Shown piece after piece: positions 45,437-55,007 of a stretch of 64,000 nt of DNA. The stretch comes from an uncultured bacterium. GTDB lineage: Bacteria > Patescibacteriota > Microgenomatia > UBA1400 > MFAQ01. The stretch covers positions 39,502 to 103,501 of the forward strand of contig CAXBYW010000002.1 of NCBI GenBank assembly GCA_963980225.1. The letters run 5' to 3'. Numbering within the stretch: position 1 is the stretch's first letter; each line of letters begins with the position of its first letter. The position numbers and the translations under genes were made by a program. The notes beneath the pieces are model-generated. The model made no database searches. It was not told the DNA's origin and worked only from the letters and a program-made list of their open reading frames with translations.

Positions 45437-46081
45437 ATGGAATTAATGTACTTAGGCCACTCAAGTTTTAGAATGAAATTTAAAAGCGGCATGGTTTTGG
45501 TGACAGACCCATTTGATTCAGGATATGTTGGCCTGGCTTTCCCTAAACAAAAAGCAGATATCGTAACAGTGTCCCATGATTATAAGGACCACAATTTTGT
45601 TGAAGGTGTAACTGATCCAGTAAAAAGAGAAGATATTTTTGTTATAAACGAGGAAGGGGAGTATGAGGTAGGAGGAGTTGAGGTAACGGCAATGAAGGAT
45701 GGGGAAGAAAATCTAATTATGGTGATTAGACAGAATGGAATAAGTTTGTGTCACTTAGGAGATTTGAACCATAACTTAACTGAAAAAGAGATAGATCAGA
45801 TAGGGGCAATAGATGTTTTGTTAGTACCTGTTGGTGGAGAAAAGACTGTTAGTGATAAGAATATAGAAGAGATCATCTCTAACATGAGTCCTTCTATCGT
45901 GGTGCCGATGCATTACAAAGCTAAGGGAATGAAAGATGAATTTAAAACATTAAGAGAAGTAGATGAGTTTACAAAAAGTAGTAGTTTAGAGGTAATGATT
46001 GAAGGAGAAAATAGAATTAAGATTGATGTTAACAGCTTACCTGAGAATACTAAGATAGCGGTCTTGAGTCCTAAAAATTGA
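45437..46081 (+). CDS. MBL-fold metal-dependent hydrolase (UPF0173-like)
   Basis: MELMYLGHSSF...LVTDPF start and TVSHDYKDH motif characteristic of the small MBL-fold hydrolase family. Confidence 0.65.
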   Translation: MELMYLGHSSFRMKFKSGMVLVTDPFDSGYVGLAFPKQKADIVTVSHDYKDHNFVEGVTDPVKREDIFVINEEGEYEVGGVEVTAMKDGEENLIMVIRQNGISLCHLGDLNHNLTEKEIDQIGAIDVLLVPVGGEKTVSDKNIEEIISNMSPSIVVPMHYKAKGMKDEFKTLREVDEFTKSSSLEVMIEGENRIKIDVNSLPENTKIAVLSPKN

Positions 46082-46092
46082 GGTCTTGATGT

Positions 46093-47418
46093 ATGACCAA
46101 TCCTAAGATCCCACCACACTCAACAGATGCAGAGAAGTCGGTTTTGGGTGCTTTGCTAATTGATAAGGATGCAGTAACGGAGGTAGCAGAGTTTTTAAGA
46201 CCAGACATGTTTTACAGTAATGCTAATGGATTGATATTTGAGGCAATGTCAAACCTTTATGAGGATAGAGATCCAATCGATGTTTTAACGGTTTCCGAAA
46301 AACTAAAAGCTTCTAAGAATCTGACTAAGGTGGGTGGAAGAGCTTACCTTTCCTCTCTGTCTAACGAAGTTCCGGTAGCATCACATATCTTAAAGTATGC
46401 TCAGATTTTAAAAGAAACCTTTATTAAACGACAGATGATTGGTTTGGGGGCAAGATTGGGTGAGTGGGCGTTTGATGAAGGTATGGGACTTGATGATGTT
46501 TTGGACAAAGCAGAGCAAGCGGTTTTTTCTTTGTCTCAGAAAAACGTTAAGAAATCCTTTATTCCAGTAAAAGATGCTTTGGCAGAGAGTTTTGACAGGT
46601 TAGATGAGATTCATAAGGATTCTGGGGGACTAAGAGGTGTGCCAACGGGCTTTGAAGACTTAGATACTGCCTTGGCTGGTATGCAGGACAGTAACATGTT
46701 GGTGTTGGCTGCTAGACCAGGTATGGGTAAGACTTCCCTGGCTACGAATATAGCTCAGTACGTGGCGGTAGAGAAGAGATGGCCGGTAGGTTACTTCTCA
46801 CTAGAAATGAGTAACTTGGAAATGGTTGATAGGATGTTGGTGGCCCAGGCTGATATCGATGCCTGGAAGATGAAAACAGGAAACTTAAGTGGAGACGACT
46901 TTACCAAGCTATCCGAGGCCATGGGTGTCTTGGCCGAAGCCCCACTACATATTGATGACACTCCTGGCCAGACCATCTTGGAGATGAGAACTAAAGCTAG
47001 AAGGTTACATGCACAAGTAGGTTTGAAACTACTTGTGGTTGACTACTTACAGTTAGTGGTTGGTGGTGGAAAGTATGATAATAGGGTGGCAGAGGTGGGT
47101 ATTATCTCTCAAGGGCTGAAGAACCTGGCCCGTGAGCTGAAGATCCCTGTTTTGGCTTTAAGTCAGCTAAACCGAGCAGTGGAGACAAGAGGTGAGAAGA
47201 TTCCACAACTGGCTGATCTAAGGGAATCTGGTTCGATCGAACAGGATTCTGACGTAGTTATGTTCTTGTACAAACAAGATGATGAAAATATGGAGAATTT
47301 TAAGTTATCTATTAGTAAGCATAGGAATGGTCCAATGAGAACAGGGGATATGGCTATTAACCTAAGGTTTGAAGGAAATAGGATTAGGTTCCATAGTATG
47401 TCTAAGAGGAAGGAATAG
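46093..47418 (+). CDS. dnaB: replicative DNA helicase DnaB
   Basis: N-terminal DnaB domain (PPHSTDAEKSVLGALL), Walker A ARPGMGKTSLATNIA, RecA-fold motifs H2-H4. Confidence 0.9.
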   Translation: MTNPKIPPHSTDAEKSVLGALLIDKDAVTEVAEFLRPDMFYSNANGLIFEAMSNLYEDRDPIDVLTVSEKLKASKNLTKVGGRAYLSSLSNEVPVASHILKYAQILKETFIKRQMIGLGARLGEWAFDEGMGLDDVLDKAEQAVFSLSQKNVKKSFIPVKDALAESFDRLDEIHKDSGGLRGVPTGFEDLDTALAGMQDSNMLVLAARPGMGKTSLATNIAQYVAVEKRWPVGYFSLEMSNLEMVDRMLVAQADIDAWKMKTGNLSGDDFTKLSEAMGVLAEAPLHIDDTPGQTILEMRTKARRLHAQVGLKLLVVDYLQLVVGGGKYDNRVAEVGIISQGLKNLARELKIPVLALSQLNRAVETRGEKIPQLADLRESGSIEQDSDVVMFLYKQDDENMENFKLSISKHRNGPMRTGDMAINLRFEGNRIRFHSMSKRKE

Positions 47419-47497
47419 GAATTTTGTGTGAGTTTCTTTATATAAAAAAAGAACCTAACTTTTTATTAGTTAGGTTCTAAAAGTAAATCGTGGATAA

Positions 47498-47950
47498 TTA
47501 TGATGGTTTAATCTCCACTCTTGCTACCGCTTTGCGAGCCATATCATTCAAATCTATTGATTTAGGTTTGGAATCAGAAAAAATGATACTGAGGACATTC
47601 TGACCATCTATCATATAGAATAGTGCGTCTCTTGCGTTCATGATTTTTGGATCGGCTGCGGACAAGGTAATCTTGGTGGTAATCGTTTTATCGATGTTGT
47701 TGAGTCCATTTTCGATTTCCATTGAATTAATATACATACTAGATGTATCACCCTTTGCTTTGCCGATACCAAGAGTGATCTCATCTCCTCCAACAAATAC
47801 AGAGATGTAGTTTTTGTCGCATTTTAAGTTCCATATACCGTTGGAGAGTAGTGTTGAAGAGACAGTGCAAAAATCTATGTCTTGTTTACCTATTTTAATT
47901 TCAGATATTGCGACGACAGCATAAAAACCTTTTTCAGACCCTTTAGTCAT
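47498..47950 (-). CDS. hypothetical protein
   Basis: ORF only. Beta-rich, no motif. Followed by hairpin terminator shared with dnaB at 47440-47480. Confidence 0.3.
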   Translation of the reverse strand: MTKGSEKGFYAVVAISEIKIGKQDIDFCTVSSTLLSNGIWNLKCDKNYISVFVGGDEITLGIGKAKGDTSSMYINSMEIENGLNNIDKTITTKITLSAADPKIMNARDALFYMIDGQNVLSIIFSDSKPKSIDLNDMARKAVARVEIKPS

Positions 47951-48104
47951 TTCTTTTTGCTCCCTTTCTTTTGTTGAAGAACTAGTTTTTTTGATATAGA
48001 GTGTCTATATCATTCAAGTTGGGAGATTATAGCATTATGAGATAAATATCACAAATTATGGGGCTCTTTAGATACACAAGACTAAGGTTTTTAAGCAGTA
48101 ATTG

Positions 48105-48188
48105 TGCCGCGGGAGGGGATCGAACCCTCATGGTGAAATCACCATTGGTTTTTGAGACCAACCTGTATACCAGTTCCAGCACCGCGGC
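48105..48188 (-). tRNA. tRNA-Leu (anticodon CAA), class II
   Basis: Reverse complement gives GCCGCGG acceptor, anticodon stem TTGGT/ACCAA with loop CTCAAAA, long variable arm TGGTGATTTCACCAT, T-arm GAGGG-TTCGATC-CCCTC. No encoded CCA. Confidence 0.8.
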
Positions 48189-48208
48189 TTGGTATATAAT
48201 TATAGCCT

Positions 48209-48769
48209 ATGATTGATGTAAACAAGTTAAAAGAAGGAGTAACTTACCTAGACGGTGGTCAGCCATTTAGGGTGATCAAGTACAACTTTAGCAAGATGGG
48301 TAGAGGTAAAGCTAATATAAAGGTGAAAGTAAAGAACCTTTTGACTGGAGCTTTGGTAATGAAATCTTACCTGTCTGGTAACTCTATGGAACCGATTCAG
48401 ATAGACAAAAAACACCTACAGTATCTGTATGCAGACGGAGACTCACTACATTTAATGGACCCAATTAGCTTCGAACAGATAGAGATAGCCAAAGCTTTGG
48501 TGGGGGACGATATAAACTACTTAGTAGAAGGTGAGAAGGTTTGGGTGCAATTTTGGGATGATAGGATAATAGGGGTGGAGTTACCACCATCGGTGGTGTT
48601 GAAAGTGGTAGAGACCGGCCCAGGAGAAAAAGGAAACAGTAGTACTAGTGTATTGAAACCAGCTACTTTAGAGAGTGGAGTGGTTGTCCAGGTACCGGCT
48701 TTCATCAAAGAAGGGGATAAGTGCAAGATAAACACACAGTCTGGAGAGTATGTGAGTAGAATAAGTTAA
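48209..48769 (+). CDS. efp: elongation factor P
   Basis: Three OB/KOW-like segments. MGRGKANIKVKVKNLLTG loop region. 186 aa. Confidence 0.9.
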   Translation: MIDVNKLKEGVTYLDGGQPFRVIKYNFSKMGRGKANIKVKVKNLLTGALVMKSYLSGNSMEPIQIDKKHLQYLYADGDSLHLMDPISFEQIEIAKALVGDDINYLVEGEKVWVQFWDDRIIGVELPPSVVLKVVETGPGEKGNSSTSVLKPATLESGVVVQVPAFIKEGDKCKINTQSGEYVSRIS

Positions 48770-48819
48770 AGAAATAAGAGGTTTGACTATTAGTATGATA
48801 TAGAATATTATCTGTTTAT

Positions 48820-49305
48820 ATGAAATCAGGTGTTGAGTATAAAGACAGACTAATAAATGAAATTTCAGAGGCCGGATTAGAGCTATTTTTTAAGGAGATG
48901 CTAAGAGATTCTGGTGAAAGGATTGAGTTTACTTTAGGTGAAAGACCCGCAGGAAACTTCTTTAAAGGAAAGGGTATGGTTAGAGCCGTGGAACCAATTA
49001 ACGATAAGATGTTATTGGTGGTGGATACTGATAGGTCAAATAAAGACCCGTTTGATATTAATGGTGATTTGTTTGTGTGGAGAAAGACTCTTGTCAGTGA
49101 AGGAAGTGAGTTATCTCGAACGGATTATCCAGAGCTACATGAGCTGTATATAGTGGTGTCTCCAAGAGGTGATAACTATCACCTGGGCGTAAAACAGCGT
49201 TTGGCGTATGGGGGTGAGAGAACGATAGGATATTTACCAGAAGTCAAAGAGTTGTTGTCAGCTTGGATTGATGGACGCAAACTACCTTCTGGCTGGAGAT
49301 TTTAA
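48820..49305 (+). CDS. hypothetical protein
   Basis: ORF only. Confidence 0.3.
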   Translation: MKSGVEYKDRLINEISEAGLELFFKEMLRDSGERIEFTLGERPAGNFFKGKGMVRAVEPINDKMLLVVDTDRSNKDPFDINGDLFVWRKTLVSEGSELSRTDYPELHELYIVVSPRGDNYHLGVKQRLAYGGERTIGYLPEVKELLSAWIDGRKLPSGWRF

Positions 49306-49431
49306 GAGGTTGTGGACTGGTTTTTTTAAAGAATTAGGAACGAGATAGCTGATTTTTAGCTAAAGATATGATACTATCGGTCTTAGTACATTGATAAATT
49401 TAATAAAATATATTTTTAAAGGAGATTTGGA

Positions 49432-49620
49432 ATGGAAAAAGGTAGGAAACTCATGTCTTATACCGTTGAGGAAGAAAGTGTGAATGATTTAACTAGTGAA
49501 TTTAATAATTTTTTTAAGAGATTAGAGGGTAGAAATCCCGAGGTGAAGGGCTTCAGTGTAAGTCATGGTGATGGGCCAAGATTGGTACAGGCAGTGATTG
49601 TCGAAGTAGACGAACCTTAA
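49432..49620 (+). CDS. hypothetical small protein (62 aa)
   Basis: ORF with AAAGGAG RBS and upstream TTGATA..TATATT promoter-like sequence. Confidence 0.25.
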   Translation: MEKGRKLMSYTVEEESVNDLTSEFNNFFKRLEGRNPEVKGFSVSHGDGPRLVQAVIVEVDEP

Positions 49621-49668
49621 ACCTTATTTTTATTTAATTTTTTTAACATTGATTTAGGAGGACTAAAA

Positions 49669-50433
49669 ATGGCTAATGAATACGCAGGGTTTGATAATCA
49701 TGGATTTACTGAGTGGCTTAAGGATTTTTTACCTACTGGAGTGCTTGGGGCTTTTGTTAATGATAAAAATGGACGAATTCTTGTTCTTGGGGAGTTTGCT
49801 AACAAAGGCGCTGATAATGAGAAACATCTTTATAATCAATTGTTTATCTCAAATGATGGGCGAACTTTTCGTCAGATGTCGAGTGGTAGGCATGTAGTAC
49901 CTGGTGGCAGGCAAGTATCTTCATACAAAGATCCCGCATCAGAGAAAATGTATCGAATACATTTAAATGATGATGTGTGTCTTCGCTGCGAGGATACAAG
50001 TGAGTTGGTTACCAGGGCGTCTGCTCTTTATGATGTCGATATGTTGGTTAAGTATAAGCCTAACAATCTTCACCAAGCTCAATTTATACCCGTACCTGAG
50101 ATCCGCAAACCCGAATTTCTGTTTGAGTTTGATGATGAGCAGTATGTATATATCGATGCCTTGAAGTATTACGGATATACATCTAAACAGCTGCGCCTGT
50201 TTGTGGGCACACCTGATTCTATGCAACAGCAAGAAATCAAAAAATATCTCCGCGTCCCTGATACTAACGATATAGAAATCACTACAGATGCGGGTTTGCT
50301 GTACATACCGATTAATATCCGTGAAGGACATGCTCCACATTGGATGGATAAACCGATTGAAGGATTGGATTTAAGTAAAGACAAGTTCCTTGCTTTGATC
50401 ACCTCTTTTAACCTTATCCCACTTAACATCTAG
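49669..50433 (+). CDS. hypothetical protein, compositionally atypical (candidate horizontally acquired)
   Basis: AGGAGG RBS. Codon usage (CGC/CGT/CGA Arg, CTT/CTG Leu, GCG Ala) differs from neighbouring genes (AGA/AGG, TTG). No motif recognised. Confidence 0.35.
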   Translation: MANEYAGFDNHGFTEWLKDFLPTGVLGAFVNDKNGRILVLGEFANKGADNEKHLYNQLFISNDGRTFRQMSSGRHVVPGGRQVSSYKDPASEKMYRIHLNDDVCLRCEDTSELVTRASALYDVDMLVKYKPNNLHQAQFIPVPEIRKPEFLFEFDDEQYVYIDALKYYGYTSKQLRLFVGTPDSMQQQEIKKYLRVPDTNDIEITTDAGLLYIPINIREGHAPHWMDKPIEGLDLSKDKFLALITSFNLIPLNI

Positions 50434-50512
50434 TGTGTTTTTCTAAGAAACTATTATTTAACATTAAGAGCTGGCATATTGCTAGCTCTTTTTTTATGTC
50501 TTTTGCTTGGGG

Positions 50513-50971
50513 CTATTTAAGTAGGTAGACAAGAAGTAGGGTAACGGCTTGGGGCCAGAGACCTTTGAATTTTTTAGGAGTAGACTCATGGGCGCTATTG
50601 TGAAAGTTAACAAAGCGTTTTAGAAACTTGGGTTTCCAGTTTAGAAATAGGTATGGAAACTCTAAAAAGTCTGGTAGTAGGGCAATAAACCAACCATAGA
50701 AAGCTAGTAAGTTTATCTCTCCCGAGCCGCTTGGAAACCAGAGATAGACCAAGAGAATGGATGCTGGAAAGTCTATTAATAACTCTTGAAAGAAGGCGGT
50801 TTTTTTGCTCTTTTTCTTTTTGGTCAAGCCTTGGCCGAAATCCCAGTGGGGAATGTAGTCTTGTAGGAAATGAGAGGCAAGGATAAGGGGGGTTGATATG
50901 AGGGGGTTGGGTATGGCGGTGGCGATTAAAGCTCCTGTAGTTCCGTGGGCAATTGAAAGCATATGGTGCAA
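50513..50971 (-). CDS. YdjM-like membrane-bound metal-dependent hydrolase family (DUF457-like), putative
   Basis: MLSIAHGTTGALIATAI N-terminus and C-terminal FHNSAH. Polytopic membrane protein. Confidence 0.3.
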   Translation of the reverse strand: MHHMLSIAHGTTGALIATAIPNPLISTPLILASHFLQDYIPHWDFGQGLTKKKKSKKTAFFQELLIDFPASILLVYLWFPSGSGEINLLAFYGWFIALLPDFLEFPYLFLNWKPKFLKRFVNFHNSAHESTPKKFKGLWPQAVTLLLVYLLK

Positions 50972-50999
50972 TTATATAACAATGATATACAATTGCTAT

Positions 51000-51782
51000 A
51001 TGCAAGATGTATTATTAACAGTAGAGGGAGTCAGTCTTTATACCCTGAGTGCCTTTGTCTTCTTAGCTTTTTTGTGGGCTGGGTTTGTTTTCTATAAAAA
51101 AGCGACGGAATATCACGAGAGTGAGGATGTAGTGTTTAATGCGATCTTACTCATGGGTATTTTATCCTTTGTTTTCTCTAGGTTGGCTTTTGTTGTAACT
51201 AAGCTTGATTGGTTTGTCGGTCACTGGATTAGAATCCTTTTTATCAGGGAGTATCCAGGAATGAGTGCCTGGGGTGTGTTTTTGGGAGTTCTGGTCGGTG
51301 TTTTTATGATAGTAAACAAGACGAAGAAGGATCTGTTTAACTGGTTGGACTTGACGGCTTTGGGTCTGTCTGCTGGGGTACCAATTGTGTATGCTGCAAA
51401 AGGAGTCTTGTCTACAGAGCCGGTAATTGGTAGTTTTATATCAATTGGAATTATAAAGGGACTGCTTTTAACCTTATGGTTCTTCTTGTTGTGGTGGGCG
51501 GAAGGGGAATATAGAACGTTTGAGTGGTATAGGTTTAGGAAAACCCAAGCTAGGACAGGTTTTGTTACTGGGGTGTTTGTTTTTGGTTTTGGACTGGTAA
51601 ACCTAATCGTAGGGATATTAACAAAAGATACCGCCTGGTGGCAGATGTATTCGCTTCTGGTTGTTGCGGGAGGACTGGTGGTGTATATTAGATCTGAGCG
51701 AAGGATTAAAAAAGACCTAGAGTTATTACAAAAGAATTTAAAAAAAATCAAATGGCCAAAAATAAAAAAGAAAAGAAAGTAA
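51000..51782 (+). CDS. prolipoprotein diacylglyceryl transferase (Lgt)-like membrane protein (start at internal Met; ORF begins 50898)
   Basis: ILFIREYPGMSAWGVFLGVLVGVF...DLTALGLSAGVPIV resembles the Lgt I..IW.GGMS.HGG...D..AP segment. The GRxGNF motif is not conserved. Confidence 0.4.
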   Translation: MQDVLLTVEGVSLYTLSAFVFLAFLWAGFVFYKKATEYHESEDVVFNAILLMGILSFVFSRLAFVVTKLDWFVGHWIRILFIREYPGMSAWGVFLGVLVGVFMIVNKTKKDLFNWLDLTALGLSAGVPIVYAAKGVLSTEPVIGSFISIGIIKGLLLTLWFFLLWWAEGEYRTFEWYRFRKTQARTGFVTGVFVFGFGLVNLIVGILTKDTAWWQMYSLLVVAGGLVVYIRSERRIKKDLELLQKNLKKIKWPKIKKKRK

Positions 51783-52204
51783 AGTTGAAAAAGGTAAGGG
51801 TAAATAAAAAAGGTTCTAAAATGAATATGAGCCAGGTAATTAGTTTTCCTTTAAAGATATTACAACCTTTAATAAAGTTCTTGAAACAAGAAGAGAAGAG
51901 ATTAAAAAAGGCTAAAAAAAACTTAAACAAAGAAGATCCGTTTAGTGATCCAACCAGAGTAGATGATAATGCGGTAGATACTGATGTTACAGAACAAGTG
52001 GAACACGAGCGAGTATCGGCCCTGAAGATGAACTTAAATAGGTCTTTGGTAGGAGTAAGAAAAACCTTGACCAGGATTAAGCTAGGAAGGTACGGAATTT
52101 GTGAAGAATGTAATAAGATGATTGATACTGATAGGTTGTCTATTAAGCCTACGGCAGATTACTGTATCAGTTGTGCGAATAAACTTGAAGGTAAGAAAAA
52201 GTAG
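51752..52204 (+). CDS. DksA/TraR-family C4 zinc-finger protein with Lys-rich N-terminal extension
   Basis: C-terminal CEECNKMIDTDRLSIKPTADYCISC. Preceding coiled-coil. Confidence 0.6.
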   Translation: MAKNKKEKKVKLKKVRVNKKGSKMNMSQVISFPLKILQPLIKFLKQEEKRLKKAKKNLNKEDPFSDPTRVDDNAVDTDVTEQVEHERVSALKMNLNRSLVGVRKTLTRIKLGRYGICEECNKMIDTDRLSIKPTADYCISCANKLEGKKK

Positions 52205-52230
52205 AAGGCAAATAGTTTAGAATTGAGAGT

Positions 52231-52857
52231 GTGAAGATGGAGATAGTTTGGCAAAACAATGATATTATGGTGGTTAATAAACCTAGTGGAATGCTCTGCT
52301 TCAGAGAAGAGACTCCCACAGAGTGGCCGGTGATGGCGCATAGGTTGGATAAAGAGACTAGTGGAGCTCTGCTTATGGCTAAGAACCCAGAAAGTTTGAA
52401 GTTTTTGATGGATTTGTTTAAAAGACGCAAGATGGACAAGGAATATCTAGCCTTAGTGCATGGGTGGATTGAGCCTAGTGAAGGTAGGATAAAACTACCT
52501 CTAGCAAACAAAGGTGCTGGAGATGTACGCAGGTCTGTTAGGTATGATGGCAAGATGGCCGATACCTCTTGGGAGGTGGTTGAAAGACTGAAGAAATATG
52601 GTGAGAAGCTTAGTTTGCTTAAGATTAAGATATATACGGGTAGAACTCATCAAATTAGAGTACATATGGCTCATTTGGGGTATCCGGTGTTCTCTGATAG
52701 TCAGTATTTACACAAAAATTTAATGCGAGCAGATAGAGAGATACTAAAAAGACATTTTTTACATGCCCACAAGATTGCCTTTGATCTACCAAATGGAGGT
52801 AGAAAAGAAGTAGTAGTTGATTTACCTAAAGAACTAAAGGAGGTTTTAAAAAAATGA
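52231..52857 (+). CDS. RluA-family pseudouridine synthase
   Basis: HRLDKETSGALLMAKN catalytic-Asp motif, YLALVHG, HQIRVHMAHLGYPV. Confidence 0.85.
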   Translation: MKMEIVWQNNDIMVVNKPSGMLCFREETPTEWPVMAHRLDKETSGALLMAKNPESLKFLMDLFKRRKMDKEYLALVHGWIEPSEGRIKLPLANKGAGDVRRSVRYDGKMADTSWEVVERLKKYGEKLSLLKIKIYTGRTHQIRVHMAHLGYPVFSDSQYLHKNLMRADREILKRHFLHAHKIAFDLPNGGRKEVVVDLPKELKEVLKK

Positions 52858-53699
52858 GACGTTTAGCCTTAGTTTTTATAGCATTTTTAAGTTTGGCAGT
52901 TTTCTGGAGGATTGTTAATACTAGAGCTTACCAGCCGGACATGGGTATAAATTTGGTGGTAGTAGGGGAGGACAAGGTCTCTGTTGTGGGTATATCAAAA
53001 AATAAAGAAGGTGTGGTGTGGGTAGATTTACCAAGCAACTTGAAAGTTGATGGTTATCCAGCAGTATCTATCTGGGGACTAGGAGAGATAGAAGGGAGGA
53101 GCGAGGAGTTGGTGGTGAGTAGTTTAGGTGAAGGTCTAGGTTTGTGGTTGGGAGCAGCCTTAAAAGTAGAAGGTAATGCTTCTGTAGACGGTTTACTTAA
53201 AAGGCTTTTAAGCGTTAGGGGTATTAAAGGTTTAAGTTGGTTAGATAGATATACTTTGTATAAAGACGTGTCTTCTTTGGCAACTAAGGGAGTTGTTCTA
53301 GAGATGAGTTTGCCTAATCAAGTGAGAGATAGTGTTCAGGATGTTGATGGATATGAGTGGCAAGAGTTAAATGAAGCTGTGTTTGTTTGGTCCAGGGAGT
53401 TGTGGCCAAAAGAAGAGATAGTCAACTTAGGAATAACTGCAGAGGTGGTAAATGTGTCTGGTGATCCAGGAAAGGCTAGGATAAGAGCTAGGCAGTTAGA
53501 GTCGATAGGATTTAGAGTAGTTAAGGTAGATACAGGTAGTGAAGAAATTAGTAAGAAGTGCTTAGTAAAGATCAATCCGGAGATGGTGGAGAAAAATGAG
53601 TTCTTGAAGCAGTTATTAAAGATTTATTTAAGGTGTGAGGTGCAAATGGAGGATGAGATGGATGATGTTTTTGGTGATTTAGTCTTCCTTGTGGGTTAG
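52854..53699 (+). CDS. hypothetical membrane-anchored extracytoplasmic protein (weak LytR/LCP-like features)
   Basis: N-terminal TM. INLVVVGEDK weakly resembles the LCP start. Not confirmed. Confidence 0.3.
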   Translation: MRRLALVFIAFLSLAVFWRIVNTRAYQPDMGINLVVVGEDKVSVVGISKNKEGVVWVDLPSNLKVDGYPAVSIWGLGEIEGRSEELVVSSLGEGLGLWLGAALKVEGNASVDGLLKRLLSVRGIKGLSWLDRYTLYKDVSSLATKGVVLEMSLPNQVRDSVQDVDGYEWQELNEAVFVWSRELWPKEEIVNLGITAEVVNVSGDPGKARIRARQLESIGFRVVKVDTGSEEISKKCLVKINPEMVEKNEFLKQLLKIYLRCEVQMEDEMDDVFGDLVFLVG

Positions 53700-54427
53700 T
53701 TTGGTTGAGTTAATGGGTCAAATATTTCTAGAGGATGGCTGACTGGTGTGCCAGGAAGAATTTCTACCAGTCTTTTCCCGTCTCTCATCGGAAAACTAGG
53801 AGTGTCTTTTAGTCTCTTGGATCTCTTTATCTCTTGGATGAAGATTTGAGGAAACTGGGGGTTGATAGATTTAATGACAACTTGATACTTGTAACCTGAT
53901 TTTATGAACTTACTTAGTGAGAGAGATAGGTCATCTGGTAGTCGACCTATGTATTCCTTGGTGTCTTCAGAGAAAGCTTTTATTCTTCTTGCTGAGGGTT
54001 TTAAGGTAACAGCATCCCCAATGGTTAGGTTGGCAATCATTGTGGGACTGCCTGGTTTTATCAAAGGTACAATTTTGGAAATCCCCGGTTCTTCTATGAA
54101 GTTGACAAGGGTGGTTTTGGGTTGATCTTTTTCTATTGAATTTGTGTCTTTAGGTTGGAGTTTTAATTTAGAGAGATTCTTCAAGGCAATGGTGTTTTGA
54201 GGATTTAGCTTTAAGACTTTGTTGAATGTCTTTCTGGCTAATTGAGCTTGAGAGGTTTTTAAGTAAGCTACTCCCAACCTATTTAAAGAAGCGAGGTTTT
54301 TGGGGAAGATCCTGATTATTTCTAGATTTAATTCAATTGCCTGTTTCCAGTCGTTGTTGAGATTAGCATGAATAGCCTTGTTTTCTAGTGGAGTGATATC
54401 TTGTTGTTGATCCATACTGGTAGTCAA
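53696..54427 (-). CDS. TPR-repeat protein
   Basis: Three N-terminal TPR-like repeats (WKQAIELNLEII..., LNRLGVAYLKTSQAQLARKTFNKVLKLNPQN). Confidence 0.45.
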   Translation of the reverse strand: MTTSMDQQQDITPLENKAIHANLNNDWKQAIELNLEIIRIFPKNLASLNRLGVAYLKTSQAQLARKTFNKVLKLNPQNTIALKNLSKLKLQPKDTNSIEKDQPKTTLVNFIEEPGISKIVPLIKPGSPTMIANLTIGDAVTLKPSARRIKAFSEDTKEYIGRLPDDLSLSLSKFIKSGYKYQVVIKSINPQFPQIFIQEIKRSKRLKDTPSFPMRDGKRLVEILPGTPVSHPLEIFDPLTQPN

Positions 54428-54479
54428 TATATGTTTTAAATACTGTTAAGTCAAGGGGGTAGATGATAGAATTTAGATT

Positions 54480-55007
54480 ATGTCCGGACATTCTAAGTGG
54501 TCTACCATAAAACATAAAAAAGCGGCGACGGATGCTAAGAGGGGAGTAGTGTTTGGTAGAATAGCAAAGCAAATTTACTTGGCGGTAAAGGAAGGTGGCT
54601 CCGGTGATCCAGATAAAAACCCCATCTTAAGAAAATCACTGGATGATGCTAGAGGCGCAAATATGCCTGCTGATAATGTGCGACGCGCAATTGATAAGGC
54701 TTTAGGTATGAGCGGAGGTCAAGTTATGGAAGAAACTGATTATGAAGGCTATGGCCCAGGCGGCGTAGGAATAATCATTAAGTGTGTAACTGATAATAAG
54801 AACAGAACTGGTGGGGAAGTTAGGTTCCTATTTGAGAAAAGCGAAGGAAGTTTGGGTGAACCAGGATCGGTATCCTATATGAAGAAGATTGACCCTGTAC
54901 CGATGATTGAGCTGACCGGGGATGATTTGGTAAAGGTAAAGAAATTGATAGCTGTTTTAGATGAACATGAAGATGTGGTGTCTGTATGGTCTAACTTAAA
55001 ATCATAA
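54480..55007 (+). CDS. YebC/PmpR-family transcriptional regulator (short form)
   Basis: MSGHSKWSTIKHKKAATDAKRG N-terminus diagnostic of YebC. Confidence 0.85.
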   Translation: MSGHSKWSTIKHKKAATDAKRGVVFGRIAKQIYLAVKEGGSGDPDKNPILRKSLDDARGANMPADNVRRAIDKALGMSGGQVMEETDYEGYGPGGVGIIIKCVTDNKNRTGGEVRFLFEKSEGSLGEPGSVSYMKKIDPVPMIELTGDDLVKVKKLIAVLDEHEDVVSVWSNLKS

